Assembly (NCBI GenBank): GCA_049598495.1
Contig: JBMYNR010000003.1
Location: forward strand, 1 to 64,000
DNA length: 64,000 nucleotides
From: Opitutales bacterium
GTDB lineage: Bacteria > Verrucomicrobiota > Verrucomicrobiia > Opitutales > Coraliomargaritaceae
Reading direction: 5' to 3'
The notes beneath the pieces are model-generated. The model made no database searches. It worked only from the letters and a program-made list of their open reading frames with translations, and was not told where the DNA came from. Of the stretch, positions 49,800 through 62,103 are shown in pieces. How positions within the stretch are numbered: the first letter of the stretch is position 1; the number at the start of each line of letters is the position of its first letter. The translations under genes were made by a program, and so were the position numbers.

Positions 49800-50732
49800 T
49801 TATTTCGTCTTCGGCGGACTTAGGTAGCGAAAGCCTGCATTCGGGTTTCTGGGGTCGAATGCATATGCATCACGGTTATCGATAAAGGACTTCAGAGTAT
49901 TGGATGAGATCGAAAAACCAAGACCCTCGGCCCCGACCGCAGAGATCTTCATATTGTTCACACCGACGACCTCCCCCTTCAGATTAAAAAGCGGGCCGCC
50001 TGAATTGCCCGGATTGATCTGTGTCGTGGTCTGTAGATAGAGACGTCCGTTGATAACACGATTTGCCACACTGATGATCCCCTCCGAGACGGTGCGGTCG
50101 AGTCCGAGTGGACTACCAATAGCAAACACGGTTTGCCCCTCGCGGAGTCCTCCATCCACCGCTGCCAGTGGCACGGATACAAACGGACCCGCATCCTCTG
50201 CTTGGATCTTGAGAAGCGCCAAATCGAGTTCTGCACTCGTCGCGACGATACGTACGTTGTCGTAGGTCACTTTCGTCAACTCGTTCTTACCTTCTTCAAA
50301 AATAGTCACAGCAATCCGATGCTCACCCGCAATGACGTGGTCATTGGTCACAATATAGCCATCTTCATGGATAACGAATCCTGAACCCAAGCCCGTCGGT
50401 GTTTGCACGAGAGCCACAGCCTCGCCAAGCTCGTCGACCCAGTCCCGAATGGTATGATCGTCCCGATCCGCCGACACCTCATACAAGGTCGTGTCTGCAT
50501 TTTTCGAATCAGGGAACTCGCCCGTCTCCTCATCACGCTTCTGCATAGAGGCAATCGAACTGGTTGGTATCTCGATCACATCATAACCAAGATCGACATA
50601 CACGGAATCGGCCCGCTCCAAAACAACCCCACCCCGAACAGCACTGCCGTTCTTTAACTCAATCGAGTGAAATGCACTGAGAGCCCCGCACAAAGGCAGG
50701 CTGGCCAGCAAAACTCCGGGCAACAAACGCAT
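49800..50732 (-). CDS. Exported trypsin-like (S1C) serine protease, no PDZ domain
   Basis: TNDHV, DLALLK, INPGNSGGPL catalytic triad. Confidence 0.92.
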   Translation of the reverse strand: MRLLPGVLLASLPLCGALSAFHSIELKNGSAVRGGVVLERADSVYVDLGYDVIEIPTSSIASMQKRDEETGEFPDSKNADTTLYEVSADRDDHTIRDWVDELGEAVALVQTPTGLGSGFVIHEDGYIVTNDHVIAGEHRIAVTIFEEGKNELTKVTYDNVRIVATSAELDLALLKIQAEDAGPFVSVPLAAVDGGLREGQTVFAIGSPLGLDRTVSEGIISVANRVINGRLYLQTTTQINPGNSGGPLFNLKGEVVGVNNMKISAVGAEGLGFSISSNTLKSFIDNRDAYAFDPRNPNAGFRYLSPPKTK

Positions 50733-50794
50733 AAGTGCGGATGCAAAGCCAAAAAGCCGCCGTAGGCCAACAAATTCTGTAATTCAAGAGTTCA

Positions 50795-51049
50795 TCAAGA
50801 CCGCTCAATGTGGGAAAGCTCCTCGTAGAGCGAAGCCCACTCGGAAGACAAGCTGCTCGTGCAAACAGGACGCGCGGCACGGTTATACCAATATTCAGCA
50901 TTCCACTCGTCGCCTTCGACCCGATGCAGATAAGCATGTAACCAAGCAGCCTCAGGTGTCACCATATCCTGAATCAACTCATGCGCCTGCTTCCAATCGC
51001 CGGCATGCTCAGCCTCCAAGGCGCGAAGATATACATTTTTTTCGGGCAT
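50795..51049 (-). CDS. Small conserved helical hypothetical protein
   Basis: W..AH...Q...AAWLHAYLHRVEGD..NA.YWY pattern. Confidence 0.75.
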   Translation of the reverse strand: MPEKNVYLRALEAEHAGDWKQAHELIQDMVTPEAAWLHAYLHRVEGDEWNAEYWYNRAARPVCTSSLSSEWASLYEELSHIERS

Positions 51050-51051
51050 AG

Positions 51052-52071
51052 TTAATAAAAGTGTCGCTGAATCAATTCACGGATGATCGGGCGCATGGCA
51101 TCAGCCAAGCTGAGGTTCGCATAGGCAACCCAACTCACTGGCGACGTCGTATCCAATGGGCAATCCAATCGTCCACCCTCGGGCTTCTCCAAAACACAAC
51201 CAGCTTCCTCGAGAATCAAAGCCGTGGCCACATCGTAAGGGTGACAGGATAGACTGCTCTTGATGCCGAGTTTCCGAAAGGCCTCAGGGCGAAGGTCTGC
51301 AATAAATCGGTCGTGCCCCTGAAGAATTTCGTAAAACTGTCCGCCGGTAGAGATATACTGGTCATTAAAAACCAGCGGAGAGGCGGCGACTGTTTCCGCT
51401 TTGCCATAGAGCGATTCCCAAAGTGCTTCTTCAAAGTGGCTCAGGGCTGTCAGCCCTGCGGGGAAGAAACGAGACACGGTCCCAAAGGCATGACATACAT
51501 CAACCGCCTGACTCGGAGCCAACTGCACTGGCGTTTCAGCAAAGCCGCCGCGCACATCAAGCGCCACGGCCTGCACACCCTCACCCCGGATCGCAAACAC
51601 CTGATCCGCACGCCACTGCCGCGTGGTCGGAAGCTCCGTCATCACCGCAATCTCGATGTCGGTAAGACGGTTCGCGGAACCACCCTGGAGTGCCACTCCA
51701 GCCAGTATCCATGCTGGTCGCTTATCATACATGATGCCACGGGTCCCATCGATTGGATCGAGGATACACTTCAATTCTGTCCCATCGGCCGGAGTCCCGC
51801 GGGGAAAGGTCATCACCTCGCCTTCTCCGAGACCCTCCATGACAATCTCGATGGGTCGATTCGCAGGCCAGACCTGCTCGAACCACTCAATAATCGTCCG
51901 CTCAGCTATGCGATCGATCGCGTAAATGGTATCGGCAGCAGTCTCCCCAGAGATCACGGCCAAGTCGCCCTGCCTGCATCTTTCGCGCTCCACAAGGACG
52001 GCTTTCAAAATCGCTTGCTGTAATTCACAAAACAATCTGCATATCTCATCCTTATCATGCATAGCATCCAT
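51052..52071 (-). CDS. Inositol-monophosphatase-superfamily protein (divergent)
   Basis: ILDPIDGT motif, HPYDVA..LILEEAG; start reset to 52071 (or 52062). Confidence 0.75.
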   Translation of the reverse strand: MDAMHDKDEICRLFCELQQAILKAVLVERERCRQGDLAVISGETAADTIYAIDRIAERTIIEWFEQVWPANRPIEIVMEGLGEGEVMTFPRGTPADGTELKCILDPIDGTRGIMYDKRPAWILAGVALQGGSANRLTDIEIAVMTELPTTRQWRADQVFAIRGEGVQAVALDVRGGFAETPVQLAPSQAVDVCHAFGTVSRFFPAGLTALSHFEEALWESLYGKAETVAASPLVFNDQYISTGGQFYEILQGHDRFIADLRPEAFRKLGIKSSLSCHPYDVATALILEEAGCVLEKPEGGRLDCPLDTTSPVSWVAYANLSLADAMRPIIRELIQRHFY

Positions 52072-52118
52072 ATTTCGGTCGAAACCTGAGTCTTTAGCAA
52101 GGCAATCCAAACGGATAG

Positions 52119-53135
52119 ATGAATTTAACGAACGACACCACCGCCTTTCAAAAAGCACTCGCGGATTGGTATGCAGACGCACAGCGACCGCTCCCATGGC
52201 GGACAGAGCCGGGCCTATACCGAACCGTCGTCTCGGAGCTGATGGCGCAGCAGACCCAAATCAAAACGATGCTGCCCTATTTCGAAAAATGGATGCAGCG
52301 CTTCCCCGACTTCGAAACACTCGCAGCAGCCTCTCCGGATAATGTGCTTAAACACTGGGAAGGGCTCGGTTATTACAGCCGGGCACGCAACCTACACAAA
52401 CTGGCCAAAGAATACATCTCCATGGATCCGAAGCCACGGACCCGAAAGGAGTGGCAGAACCTACCCGGCATCGGCCCCTACACCTCAGCTGCAATCGCCT
52501 CGATTGCATTGGGCGAACCCACCGCGGTCGTAGATGGCAACGTCGTTCGCATTCTCGCCAGACTAACCGGGGACGATCGCAGGTTTAAAAGTAACAGCGA
52601 CGCGGTCAAATTTTTCAGTGATCTCGCCGACAAGGTGCTGGCTGTGAGGAATCCGGGCGACCACAACCAGGCCATGATGGAATTAGGAGCAACGGTTTGC
52701 CTAAAACACAAGCCCGCCTGCACCACTTGCCCTGTTGTCGATTTTTGCCAAGGCCACAGAGAACGGATACAGGACGCCATCCCAAGAATTGAACGAAGAT
52801 CAACGATTAAAGAAGAGATCCGCCGCGCGTGGGTCGTCATGGATGGTGCGATCCTGCTCCAAAGGATCGCGAATGAATCCGGACAACTGGCAGGACAGTT
52901 CGAACTCCCCCTGCTTGAGACCATCGAATCAAAAATAAGGCCCAAACTAATAACCACAAAATCGCGATCGATCACCCACCGAAGAATCAAGGAGTTCATC
53001 TACGAAGCAAAGGTTGCACCTGGCGAGCACGCCTCTCTAATCTGGGTTAGTATTGAACAATTGGATACAATTACACTATCAGGTCCTCATCGACGTTGGA
53101 TCGGTGATTTACTAAAGGATCAGCCCAATAATTGA
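52119..53135 (+). CDS. mutY: A/G-specific adenine glycosylase
   Basis: LPWR, SELMAQQTQ, WEGLGYYSRARN, HhH LPGIGPYT, 4Fe-4S C-x6-C-x2-C-x5-C. Confidence 0.95.
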   Translation: MNLTNDTTAFQKALADWYADAQRPLPWRTEPGLYRTVVSELMAQQTQIKTMLPYFEKWMQRFPDFETLAAASPDNVLKHWEGLGYYSRARNLHKLAKEYISMDPKPRTRKEWQNLPGIGPYTSAAIASIALGEPTAVVDGNVVRILARLTGDDRRFKSNSDAVKFFSDLADKVLAVRNPGDHNQAMMELGATVCLKHKPACTTCPVVDFCQGHRERIQDAIPRIERRSTIKEEIRRAWVVMDGAILLQRIANESGQLAGQFELPLLETIESKIRPKLITTKSRSITHRRIKEFIYEAKVAPGEHASLIWVSIEQLDTITLSGPHRRWIGDLLKDQPNN

Positions 53136-53170
53136 TTGGACTTAAACGGGGCTTTTACCAGCTTCCAACC

Positions 53171-53569
53171 ATGCCCAATACATGGACCGAACATGACTTC
53201 GAAGTGCGCACCTCCACCATAAAAGGTGCGGGGAATGGCTTGTTCGCCAAATTTGCGATCAAAGAGGGCGACACGATTGGCTACTATACTGGCGAAATCA
53301 TCACAGAGAAGGAGTTTCACGACCCGCATCGCCCCTTTTCAGCCTATGTGATGTGGGTCACCCGGAAACATATCATCATCGGCGAGGGACCGAAGGCCAA
53401 CTACACGCGGTATATAAACCATGAGGATGAACCGAACGCCTTTCTAGTCACCTCAACTCGGTGGAAGACCGCTCGCTTCGAAGCACTCCGTGATATTGAC
53501 CCCGGGGAAGAGATTTTTTTCGATTACGGAGAGGACTACTGGGAGGAAGAACCCGAAAACCCTTCGTAG
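53171..53569 (+). CDS. SET-domain protein
   Basis: G.GLFA, RYINH, PN, GEEIFFDYG; no post-SET cysteines. Confidence 0.9.
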   Translation: MPNTWTEHDFEVRTSTIKGAGNGLFAKFAIKEGDTIGYYTGEIITEKEFHDPHRPFSAYVMWVTRKHIIIGEGPKANYTRYINHEDEPNAFLVTSTRWKTARFEALRDIDPGEEIFFDYGEDYWEEEPENPS

Positions 53570-53614
53570 TTGAATAAGGAGCAAACCTCGTCCACATTGT
53601 TTTTTTCAAGAACC

Positions 53615-55288
53615 ATGAACCTCGACCCCATTTACTCAGGCCTCGACGAAGAGCAGCGCCAAGCTTTAGTCAAACTTCCACGAAGCGAGAGGCTGATTGA
53701 GATTGCCACCTTGCGCAACCGTCCCACGCGGGAGCTCAGAGATAAATTAGCAGAGCTGGCAGAGCTTCCCGTCGCCAAAGACATTGAACTGATTGAGAAT
53801 CCAACTGCCGCCGTGCCGCTGAGGATGATCCACGAATATCAGTGCATCCCAATTAAGACCGAAGAGGATGCCGAGGACGATGCCTCGATTCAGTTAGCCA
53901 CACTCTGGCCGCCGGACGAACTGATGGACCGATGGGTCTACGCCGTCAGCGGGCGCAAGGCTCAGTGGTTCATAGGGGATCCGGAACAAATCACCGAGAC
54001 CATTACCCAGAACTTCGGAGTCGGCGCAGGTAGCCTTGACGAATCTAATCTTGTCACAGACGTGGCCGAGACAGAAGAGGCCGAAGACGAGGATGCCGCA
54101 GTGATTCGCTTTGTGAATGAGGTGGTGCAGAAGGCCGTAAGCGACCGGGCGACGGACATTCACTTTGAACCACACCGGGAAGAATTACAGATTCGCTACC
54201 GGATCGACGGGGAGCTCGTACCCGTCCGCGTGCCCGACAATCTGATCCGCTTCCAAGGTGCGATCATCTCCCGCCTAAAGATCATGGCGAAACTCAATAT
54301 TTCGGAAAAAAGACGCCCGCAGGACGGACGTATCTCATTTGGTGCGGGCGATTCGGAGCTGGATATACGTATATCCACCTTTCCTACAATGTATGGTGAG
54401 AGCGTCTCACTCCGTCTACTCAACCAAAAGTCGAAACCTTTATCCATGCGAGAGCTCGGCCTGAGTGACGACGAGGAGAAAAAAGTTACTCAAGCACTCT
54501 CGACTCCACACGGTATCATCCTGGTGACCGGCCCAACCGGCTCAGGTAAATCCACCTCGCTGACTGCCTTTATTCGCCTTATCAATCGTCCCGAACGTCG
54601 GATCATCACCGTCGAGGATCCCGTGGAATACGAAGTACCGGGAGTCAATCAAACTCAAGTTCATCCGGAGATCGGACTGACCTTTGCTCACTCTCTCCGT
54701 GCCGTCCTTCGCCAAGACCCGGATGTGATCATGGTCGGGGAGATTCGCGACCGAGAAACTGCCGATATTGCGATTCGTGCTTCCCTCACAGGTCACCTTG
54801 TGATGAGCACACTTCACACGAATGATGCTCCCGGCGCACTGACGCGACTGGTCGACATGGATATTGAGCCCTTCCTAATCGCGTCTTCCGTAGAAATGAT
54901 CATCGCGCAACGCCTGGTCAGGCGTCTCTGCCCAAATTGTGCGCAGCCCGCGAATTACGATGAAATGCAAGTCGCCAGCTTCCTCGCAACCATGCGAATC
55001 GATCCAAGCGAAGCACAGCACGCACATTTAGCCAAAAGCCCTGTTGGTTGTGAACGTTGCCGCAAACTCGGCTTCCGCGGGCGTGTCGGTATGTTTGAGA
55101 TACTCCGCGTCACGGAGGAGATCCACGAACACATCGTAAAACGCGACTCAGCCCGCCTCATCCGCCAAACCGCTATTTCGCAGGATATGCGCTCACTCAT
55201 GGATAGCGGCTGGGCCCATATTAAAGCTGGCGTGACGACTTTCGAAGAGGTGATGCGTTTCGCCGAGCTTGAAGGCGACGAAGATTAA
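53615..55288 (+). CDS. GspE/PilB-family secretion ATPase
   Basis: [39 protein letters not shown], CxxC..CxxC. Confidence 0.93.
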   Translation: MNLDPIYSGLDEEQRQALVKLPRSERLIEIATLRNRPTRELRDKLAELAELPVAKDIELIENPTAAVPLRMIHEYQCIPIKTEEDAEDDASIQLATLWPPDELMDRWVYAVSGRKAQWFIGDPEQITETITQNFGVGAGSLDESNLVTDVAETEEAEDEDAAVIRFVNEVVQKAVSDRATDIHFEPHREELQIRYRIDGELVPVRVPDNLIRFQGAIISRLKIMAKLNISEKRRPQDGRISFGAGDSELDIRISTFPTMYGESVSLRLLNQKSKPLSMRELGLSDDEEKKVTQALSTPHGIILVTGPTGSGKSTSLTAFIRLINRPERRIITVEDPVEYEVPGVNQTQVHPEIGLTFAHSLRAVLRQDPDVIMVGEIRDRETADIAIRASLTGHLVMSTLHTNDAPGALTRLVDMDIEPFLIASSVEMIIAQRLVRRLCPNCAQPANYDEMQVASFLATMRIDPSEAQHAHLAKSPVGCERCRKLGFRGRVGMFEILRVTEEIHEHIVKRDSARLIRQTAISQDMRSLMDSGWAHIKAGVTTFEEVMRFAELEGDED

Positions 55289-55423
55289 GCAGTCGACGAT
55301 CGAGTTGGGTAGTTAAGTGGTTGAGTAGCCATCGGGAAGATGCTTCAATTACCAAGATTCAACCCAAGTCGCGAAGCTAGCACCTCACTCAACGACTCAA
55401 CTTGCCGCTTAGCGACGCCCCAA

Positions 55424-55672
55424 TCAACTCCGTCGCGAAGCGACGGCTAACATCTTCGCCTTCTCTTCCTTAAATTTTTCTCGGTTGCAATTACAGTGCA
55501 GGCAGAGAGGAGAGTTGTAGAGAAGAACGAATTTCTCGGTTAATTTAAGCGGACGTTCCTGGCCTTTTTCAGCCATACGCAAAGCTGGGCCACAACTAGG
55601 CACGATGGCACCGACCGCATCAAAAAAGACATCTGCTGCGGATCGCTTCGACTTGCGGGATTTTTCATTCAT
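55424..55672 (-). CDS. Small Cys-containing protein resembling zinc anti-sigma (zf-HC2) domains
   Basis: SC..A..M....ERPL.L.EK..L..N...CxxCxC; fills an otherwise empty gap. Confidence 0.5.
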   Translation of the reverse strand: MNEKSRKSKRSAADVFFDAVGAIVPSCGPALRMAEKGQERPLKLTEKFVLLYNSPLCLHCNCNREKFKEEKAKMLAVASRRS

Positions 55673-55744
55673 AAGACCCTAGCTAAAACAGACTTTTTCG
55701 ATTTTCCAATCGTCCTTCACAAATTTTTTCACGAAATCCAAGCC

Positions 55745-57649
55745 ATGCGTTCAGTCATCATCAGCGTCTGTCTACTATTTTGTTCGGCTCATACGGCTCT
55801 ACTGGCCGCCGCGCCGAGCAAGGATCGTATCGATTTCTACTACGGAATCGCGGAAGGCAATTTTTTGGTTGGCGATCTCAATGGAGCCGAACGCGGGATC
55901 GAGCAAATACTCCGCATTGACCCTGACCATGTGCCTGCATTGACACTAAAGACGCGGGTCATGCTTGACCGGGGGAAAGCCGCCACAGCCCTTGAAGCCG
56001 CTGAACGAGCCATGGAACTCGAACCTAAAAGACTCGAGCACACGCTTCTTAAAGCCCTCGCCCTCGGGCAACTCGACCGCCGCGATGAAGCCACTGATAT
56101 CATCGAGACCGTCATCGCCCAAGCAACTCCTGCCAGCGAAAACGCAAAGGTCGCCCATCAACTTCTCGGTCTATTGCGGATGGCTGAAGGCGAGTGGGAT
56201 CAGGCGGCCGCTGCATTCAATGAAATCTATCTCTCGGATCCGCAAACCGACCCGAGTAGCCTACGTCTATCCAGCGAAGCCTTTCTGGAAAAGACGCGCA
56301 TCCTTCTAACAAAAGGCGATCCCGATGGCGCTATCGCCGCAATTGACCAAGCAATCGCTGTTTACGAGGGCAAATCAGGCAAGGAAAGCCTCCAACAGAA
56401 AACCTCTCTGCGCATGACGCGTGCCCGGTTGCTCGCGCAGATTGGCCGACCGGAGAATGCCATTCGCGACCTACAGGTCCTTACGGGCCAACAACCCGAA
56501 AATTTTGAAGCTTTGATTACCCTCGCTTCACTCTATGCCAGTGTAAATCGTTGGGAATCTGTCGAGGAATTGATCCCGGCCATGGCCGCTCGACCGGAAC
56601 TGGAGGACGTCGCTCTCTACTTCGAAGGACGGGCTGCGCTTACAAAGAACCGAGTTGGTAGGGCACGGGCAAAATTTGAAGCGGCCATCGAAGCGCTACC
56701 TCAGTATGCCGACAGTCTCCGCCGCACGCTGTATTTTTATCGAGGCGTCTGCCTCGACCGACTCGGGAGAACAGAAGAAGCAGACCAGGATATAATCAAT
56801 GCCATGGATGCGGGATACCTCCCGGAAACAACCGACGAAGCGATCCTAGCCTGCCAAACACTCCTGCGCAGTAACCGCTCGGCCGATGCTGTCCCCATTT
56901 TAGAAGCCTTTACATTAAATCGTAACCAAGCCGACGCCCGGGCATGGGCCATGCTTGGGCGTGCTCACCTAGCGGAAGCAACGCTCCCTCTTGCCCTGAG
57001 CGCTTTCAGCGAATCCCTACGTATCGACTCAGATCAGCCGAAGACACTCGCCCTTCGCGGCTCGATACTGCGGAAGATCGGTGATCTGGAAGGGGCACTC
57101 GGAGATTATGAAGCGGCCCATCGGCTGGGGCCCTCAAACCCTGTTCTCAGTTATGAAAAAGGACTCCTCCAGCTCCAACTCGGACGAGTGGATAAGGCAG
57201 AGACCGAACTCCGCATAGCCTCAAGAAAACTCGAGGCACACCCTACCTTGGACCTCCTACACGCGACGGTCGCCTTTACCATCGGAGCCACTGAATCGGC
57301 CAAAGCATCGCTGGGTAAGTATTTGGAAGGGATTCCCACTCAGCCAGTCGCCAGTGCGCACTACCTGGCCTTGCTTATGGCCGTCACAACATCAGACGAC
57401 TTCAAGGACCCTGTAATCGAGTATTTTAACGGAAACGCAAAGCGAAAAGAGGTACTCGACTGGGCGGGCATTGCCGCCAACCCCAAACTGGCAAAGCAAC
57501 AAATCTGTGCCGCCGCGTTTTGGATGGCCCAACATGAAAAGACGCAGAACGATCCCGACCGATTCAACGAGCTTCTCAGGATCGCAGTCGATGTCGGCCA
57601 ACCGGATCTGCCTGAATTCCAGCTGGCTCACTGGCTTTTAGAACCCTAG
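55745..57649 (+). CDS. Exported TPR-repeat protein
   Basis: Signal peptide and many TPR-like helix pairs. Confidence 0.85.
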   Translation: MRSVIISVCLLFCSAHTALLAAAPSKDRIDFYYGIAEGNFLVGDLNGAERGIEQILRIDPDHVPALTLKTRVMLDRGKAATALEAAERAMELEPKRLEHTLLKALALGQLDRRDEATDIIETVIAQATPASENAKVAHQLLGLLRMAEGEWDQAAAAFNEIYLSDPQTDPSSLRLSSEAFLEKTRILLTKGDPDGAIAAIDQAIAVYEGKSGKESLQQKTSLRMTRARLLAQIGRPENAIRDLQVLTGQQPENFEALITLASLYASVNRWESVEELIPAMAARPELEDVALYFEGRAALTKNRVGRARAKFEAAIEALPQYADSLRRTLYFYRGVCLDRLGRTEEADQDIINAMDAGYLPETTDEAILACQTLLRSNRSADAVPILEAFTLNRNQADARAWAMLGRAHLAEATLPLALSAFSESLRIDSDQPKTLALRGSILRKIGDLEGALGDYEAAHRLGPSNPVLSYEKGLLQLQLGRVDKAETELRIASRKLEAHPTLDLLHATVAFTIGATESAKASLGKYLEGIPTQPVASAHYLALLMAVTTSDDFKDPVIEYFNGNAKRKEVLDWAGIAANPKLAKQQICAAAFWMAQHEKTQNDPDRFNELLRIAVDVGQPDLPEFQLAHWLLEP

Positions 57650-57796
57650 TTCTAATGAGTTAAATTCCCGAATCAAAGAATTGTAGCACGATGACGATAG
57701 TCATTGTGAGCCATTGCGATCGATACAACACTGGCTATCTCCAGCGTTCTACAGAGAAATCTTCATTCAAAATCCTAAACCATCCAGTCCAACTAT

Positions 57797-57902
57797 GTCG
57801 ACGGACGAGTGCCTCCGTCTGTTCGGAGCCCTTCATACGTCGACGCGACTGGCATCGCATCGCTACAGACGGCACAACTGTAGCGATCTTGCGCCAGCAA
57901 GG
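57797..57902. repeat. GTAG-type REP-like cluster
   Basis: Modules shared with 8502-8573 and 25877-25902. Confidence 0.8.
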
Positions 57903-58193
57903 CTGATGTGACTTATAAACAATCCGGATGATTTGGCCATACAGCGTCGTTTGCAGAACGGCACGTGGTCCGATTCCTTCGGATCGATCTTGTCGCCAGC
58001 TCGGAACGGCGAGCGCGCCCTACCTGAACGAAGCCAGGCTTTCCTCAAGGTGGTGTATGATTCAATCCTTAAGAGAGTCCGAGCTCTTCCCTAGACTTTG
58101 ACGATGCTATTAAAGCCCGGGCAACCTGAAATTTTGACTTGCACCCCGCTTGAAGACGCCCATCTTCCTGCACCTCAGCGTAAGAGCGCGTCC

Positions 58194-58301
58194 TGCGAAG
58201 GGCCCGCTCCTCGACTTCTCTCCTCACAACAAACCGGGAGAGTTCAACGGTAAGGGTGGCCCAGTGGCGGCCCTTTCGGTTCCGGCAACTCGGAGCCCGC
58301 A
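58194..58301 (+). promoter_or_regulatory. Structured rpsO leader (candidate S15 autoregulatory RNA)
   Basis: Nested stems TGCG/CGCA, AAGGGCC.GC/GCGGCCCTT, GGTTCCG/CGGAGCC upstream of rpsO. Confidence 0.5.
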
Positions 58302-58327
58302 AGTCGTGATCACATAATCAATATACA

Positions 58328-58615
58328 ATGGCAAAATCACCACCCGTAGGGGACACAACAGTCGACAAGGCAGCGATCATCAAGGAATTCGGTGCCAACG
58401 AAAATGACACCGGCTCGTCCGAGGTCCAAATCGCGCTGCTCACCGCACGCATCAAGCACCTGACCGAGCACCTTCGCGACAACCGCAAAGACTTCCACTC
58501 CCGCCGTGGCCTCATCGCAATGACGGCCCGCCGTCGTAAGCTCCTCGACTACCTGAAGCGCACTGAGTTCAATCGCTACACAGCGATCCTCGAAAAGCTA
58601 GGTCTCCGTCGATAA
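58328..58615 (+). CDS. rpsO: 30S ribosomal protein S15
   Basis: [29 protein letters not shown]. Confidence 0.98.
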   Translation: MAKSPPVGDTTVDKAAIIKEFGANENDTGSSEVQIALLTARIKHLTEHLRDNRKDFHSRRGLIAMTARRRKLLDYLKRTEFNRYTAILEKLGLRR

Positions 58616-58627
58616 TAGACTTTTTTC

Positions 58628-58667
58628 CAATGCCGGACTTCCCCATGGAGGTCCGGCATTGTTCTTT
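58628..58667 (+). terminator. Terminator after rpsO
   Basis: CAATGCCGGACTTCC/GGAGGTCCGGCATTG followed by TTCTTT. Confidence 0.75.
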
Positions 58668-58762
58668 AATTATTGGCCGACGCTGCAGCGGCGCTACCAA
58701 TAATAAACCCTGCGAAGCTCAAAGAGCGCAGCATGGGTAATCTCGTTCTTTCTCCTCCCCTT

Positions 58763-58864
58763 CTCTTAATCATAATCTTAATCGTAATCCTCCCCTAGGG
58801 GCTTCGCTTGCGACGCCCGCCGTAGTAAAGAGGATTACGATTAGGAGTAGGATTAAGATTAGGG
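58763..58864. repeat. Inverted hexamer-repeat tracts (TAATCN)n / (NGATTA)n
   Basis: 14-bp perfect IR 58779-58792 / 58830-58843 extended by degenerate units. Confidence 0.8.
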
Positions 58865-59050
58865 TGCTCTTCTGGAGCTCAATCAATCCATGGGATGCCA
58901 CTTCAGCATCTCTCCATTTCAGAATTTCAGCTTTTCAAATACTTCAGAATTTCAAGATGAGCAGCTCAACCGATTTGAGCCGCGAGCGGCAAATTAGGGT
59001 CCTACCCCCGAAATGCCGTCGAATGCATGCAGCAAAATAATAGTAAGATA

Positions 59051-61198
<2,148 letters not shown>

Positions 61199-61223
61199 TC
61201 GGACGCAGATCATCCAATCTCAC

Positions 61224-61261
61224 AAAGCGGTCGCCCTTTCAGATAGGGGCGGCCGCTTTTT
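61224..61261 (+). terminator. Terminator after pnp
   Basis: AAAGCGGTCGCCCT/GGGGCGGCCGCTTTTT. Confidence 0.85.
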
Positions 61262-61444
61262 ATGGCATCAAAGGACGATGCGACTGCAGAGATTCGCGCT
61301 CCCGGGATCGCCAAACTCCCGTTTGGCATAGCTGTGGGCTCGATTCTACCGGTCGCGAGCTCGTCGAATGATCGTCCCACACTCAGGCCTTGCGAAGACA
61401 ACATCTGAATCCAAACCAGCTAAGCGGTAATTTACAGGCACTGC

Positions 61445-61684
61445 CTAAGGCAGCTCATCGCCTTCCAACGGCTCACGATCCGGCACCTTGTCTAGGACCT
61501 TCTTGAACTTTTCACGGCTCCCTCTGGCAGCCCTTTCCTCCAGATAACTAGCAGTGAGAACCGATGCCAACTTCTCACCCACAGCCGAGCTGATAAACTG
61601 GTTGATGGACACACCGTCCACCTTAGCCACCTCCTTGACTTTCCGATGGACGGAATCTGGTAGTCTGACAGTAATTGAACTCAT
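61445..61684 (-). CDS. Ribbon-helix-helix (HicB-like) antitoxin
   Basis: ITVRLPDSVH...GVSINQFISSAVGEKL. Confidence 0.85.
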   Translation of the reverse strand: MSSITVRLPDSVHRKVKEVAKVDGVSINQFISSAVGEKLASVLTASYLEERAARGSREKFKKVLDKVPDREPLEGDELP

Positions 61685-61689
61685 AATTC

Positions 61690-62103
61690 TTATTTCTCCT
61701 TTTCTAAAAATTCACCCGGCGTCATCGCTTGAATCCTGAATCGGTCGACGCCTTTAAAATCTTTGGTATTAAATGTGATAATGATTCCGGTTCCAGCCGC
61801 AACTGCGGCCTCTAAGACCAGATCGTCCTTCGGATCTTTGAGATACGGTCGCCAAAGAAAAAATATCTCTGTCAATCGAGCGACGCTGCAAATGTAATCC
61901 AGGAAATCGTTCTTATCCGATTCAGTAAAATGATCTGCAAGCGGCGGGCGTCCAAGCACATCCGAATACTCCTCATAGAGACCAACGGAAAGAGCCGGAA
62001 CGAGCTCGCCCGCAGCAACCAGTTCCAGGATGCGAAACGAAGTGCCCCGCTGGGAATAGAGCCCGGCAAAGATCACATTCGTGTCGATAACGACAACTTT
62101 CAT
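61690..62103 (-). CDS. PIN-domain putative toxin
   Basis: VVIDTNV, EY, DPKDD.VLE.A, IITFN.KDF. Confidence 0.9.
   Translation of the reverse strand: MKVVVIDTNVIFAGLYSQRGTSFRILELVAAGELVPALSVGLYEEYSDVLGRPPLADHFTESDKNDFLDYICSVARLTEIFFLWRPYLKDPKDDLVLEAAVAAGTGIIITFNTKDFKGVDRFRIQAMTPGEFLEKEK

Noticed and set aside
57900..58070. Possible decayed RAYT fragment (VWPNH) beside the REP cluster
   Set aside because: A single weak motif with no continuous frame
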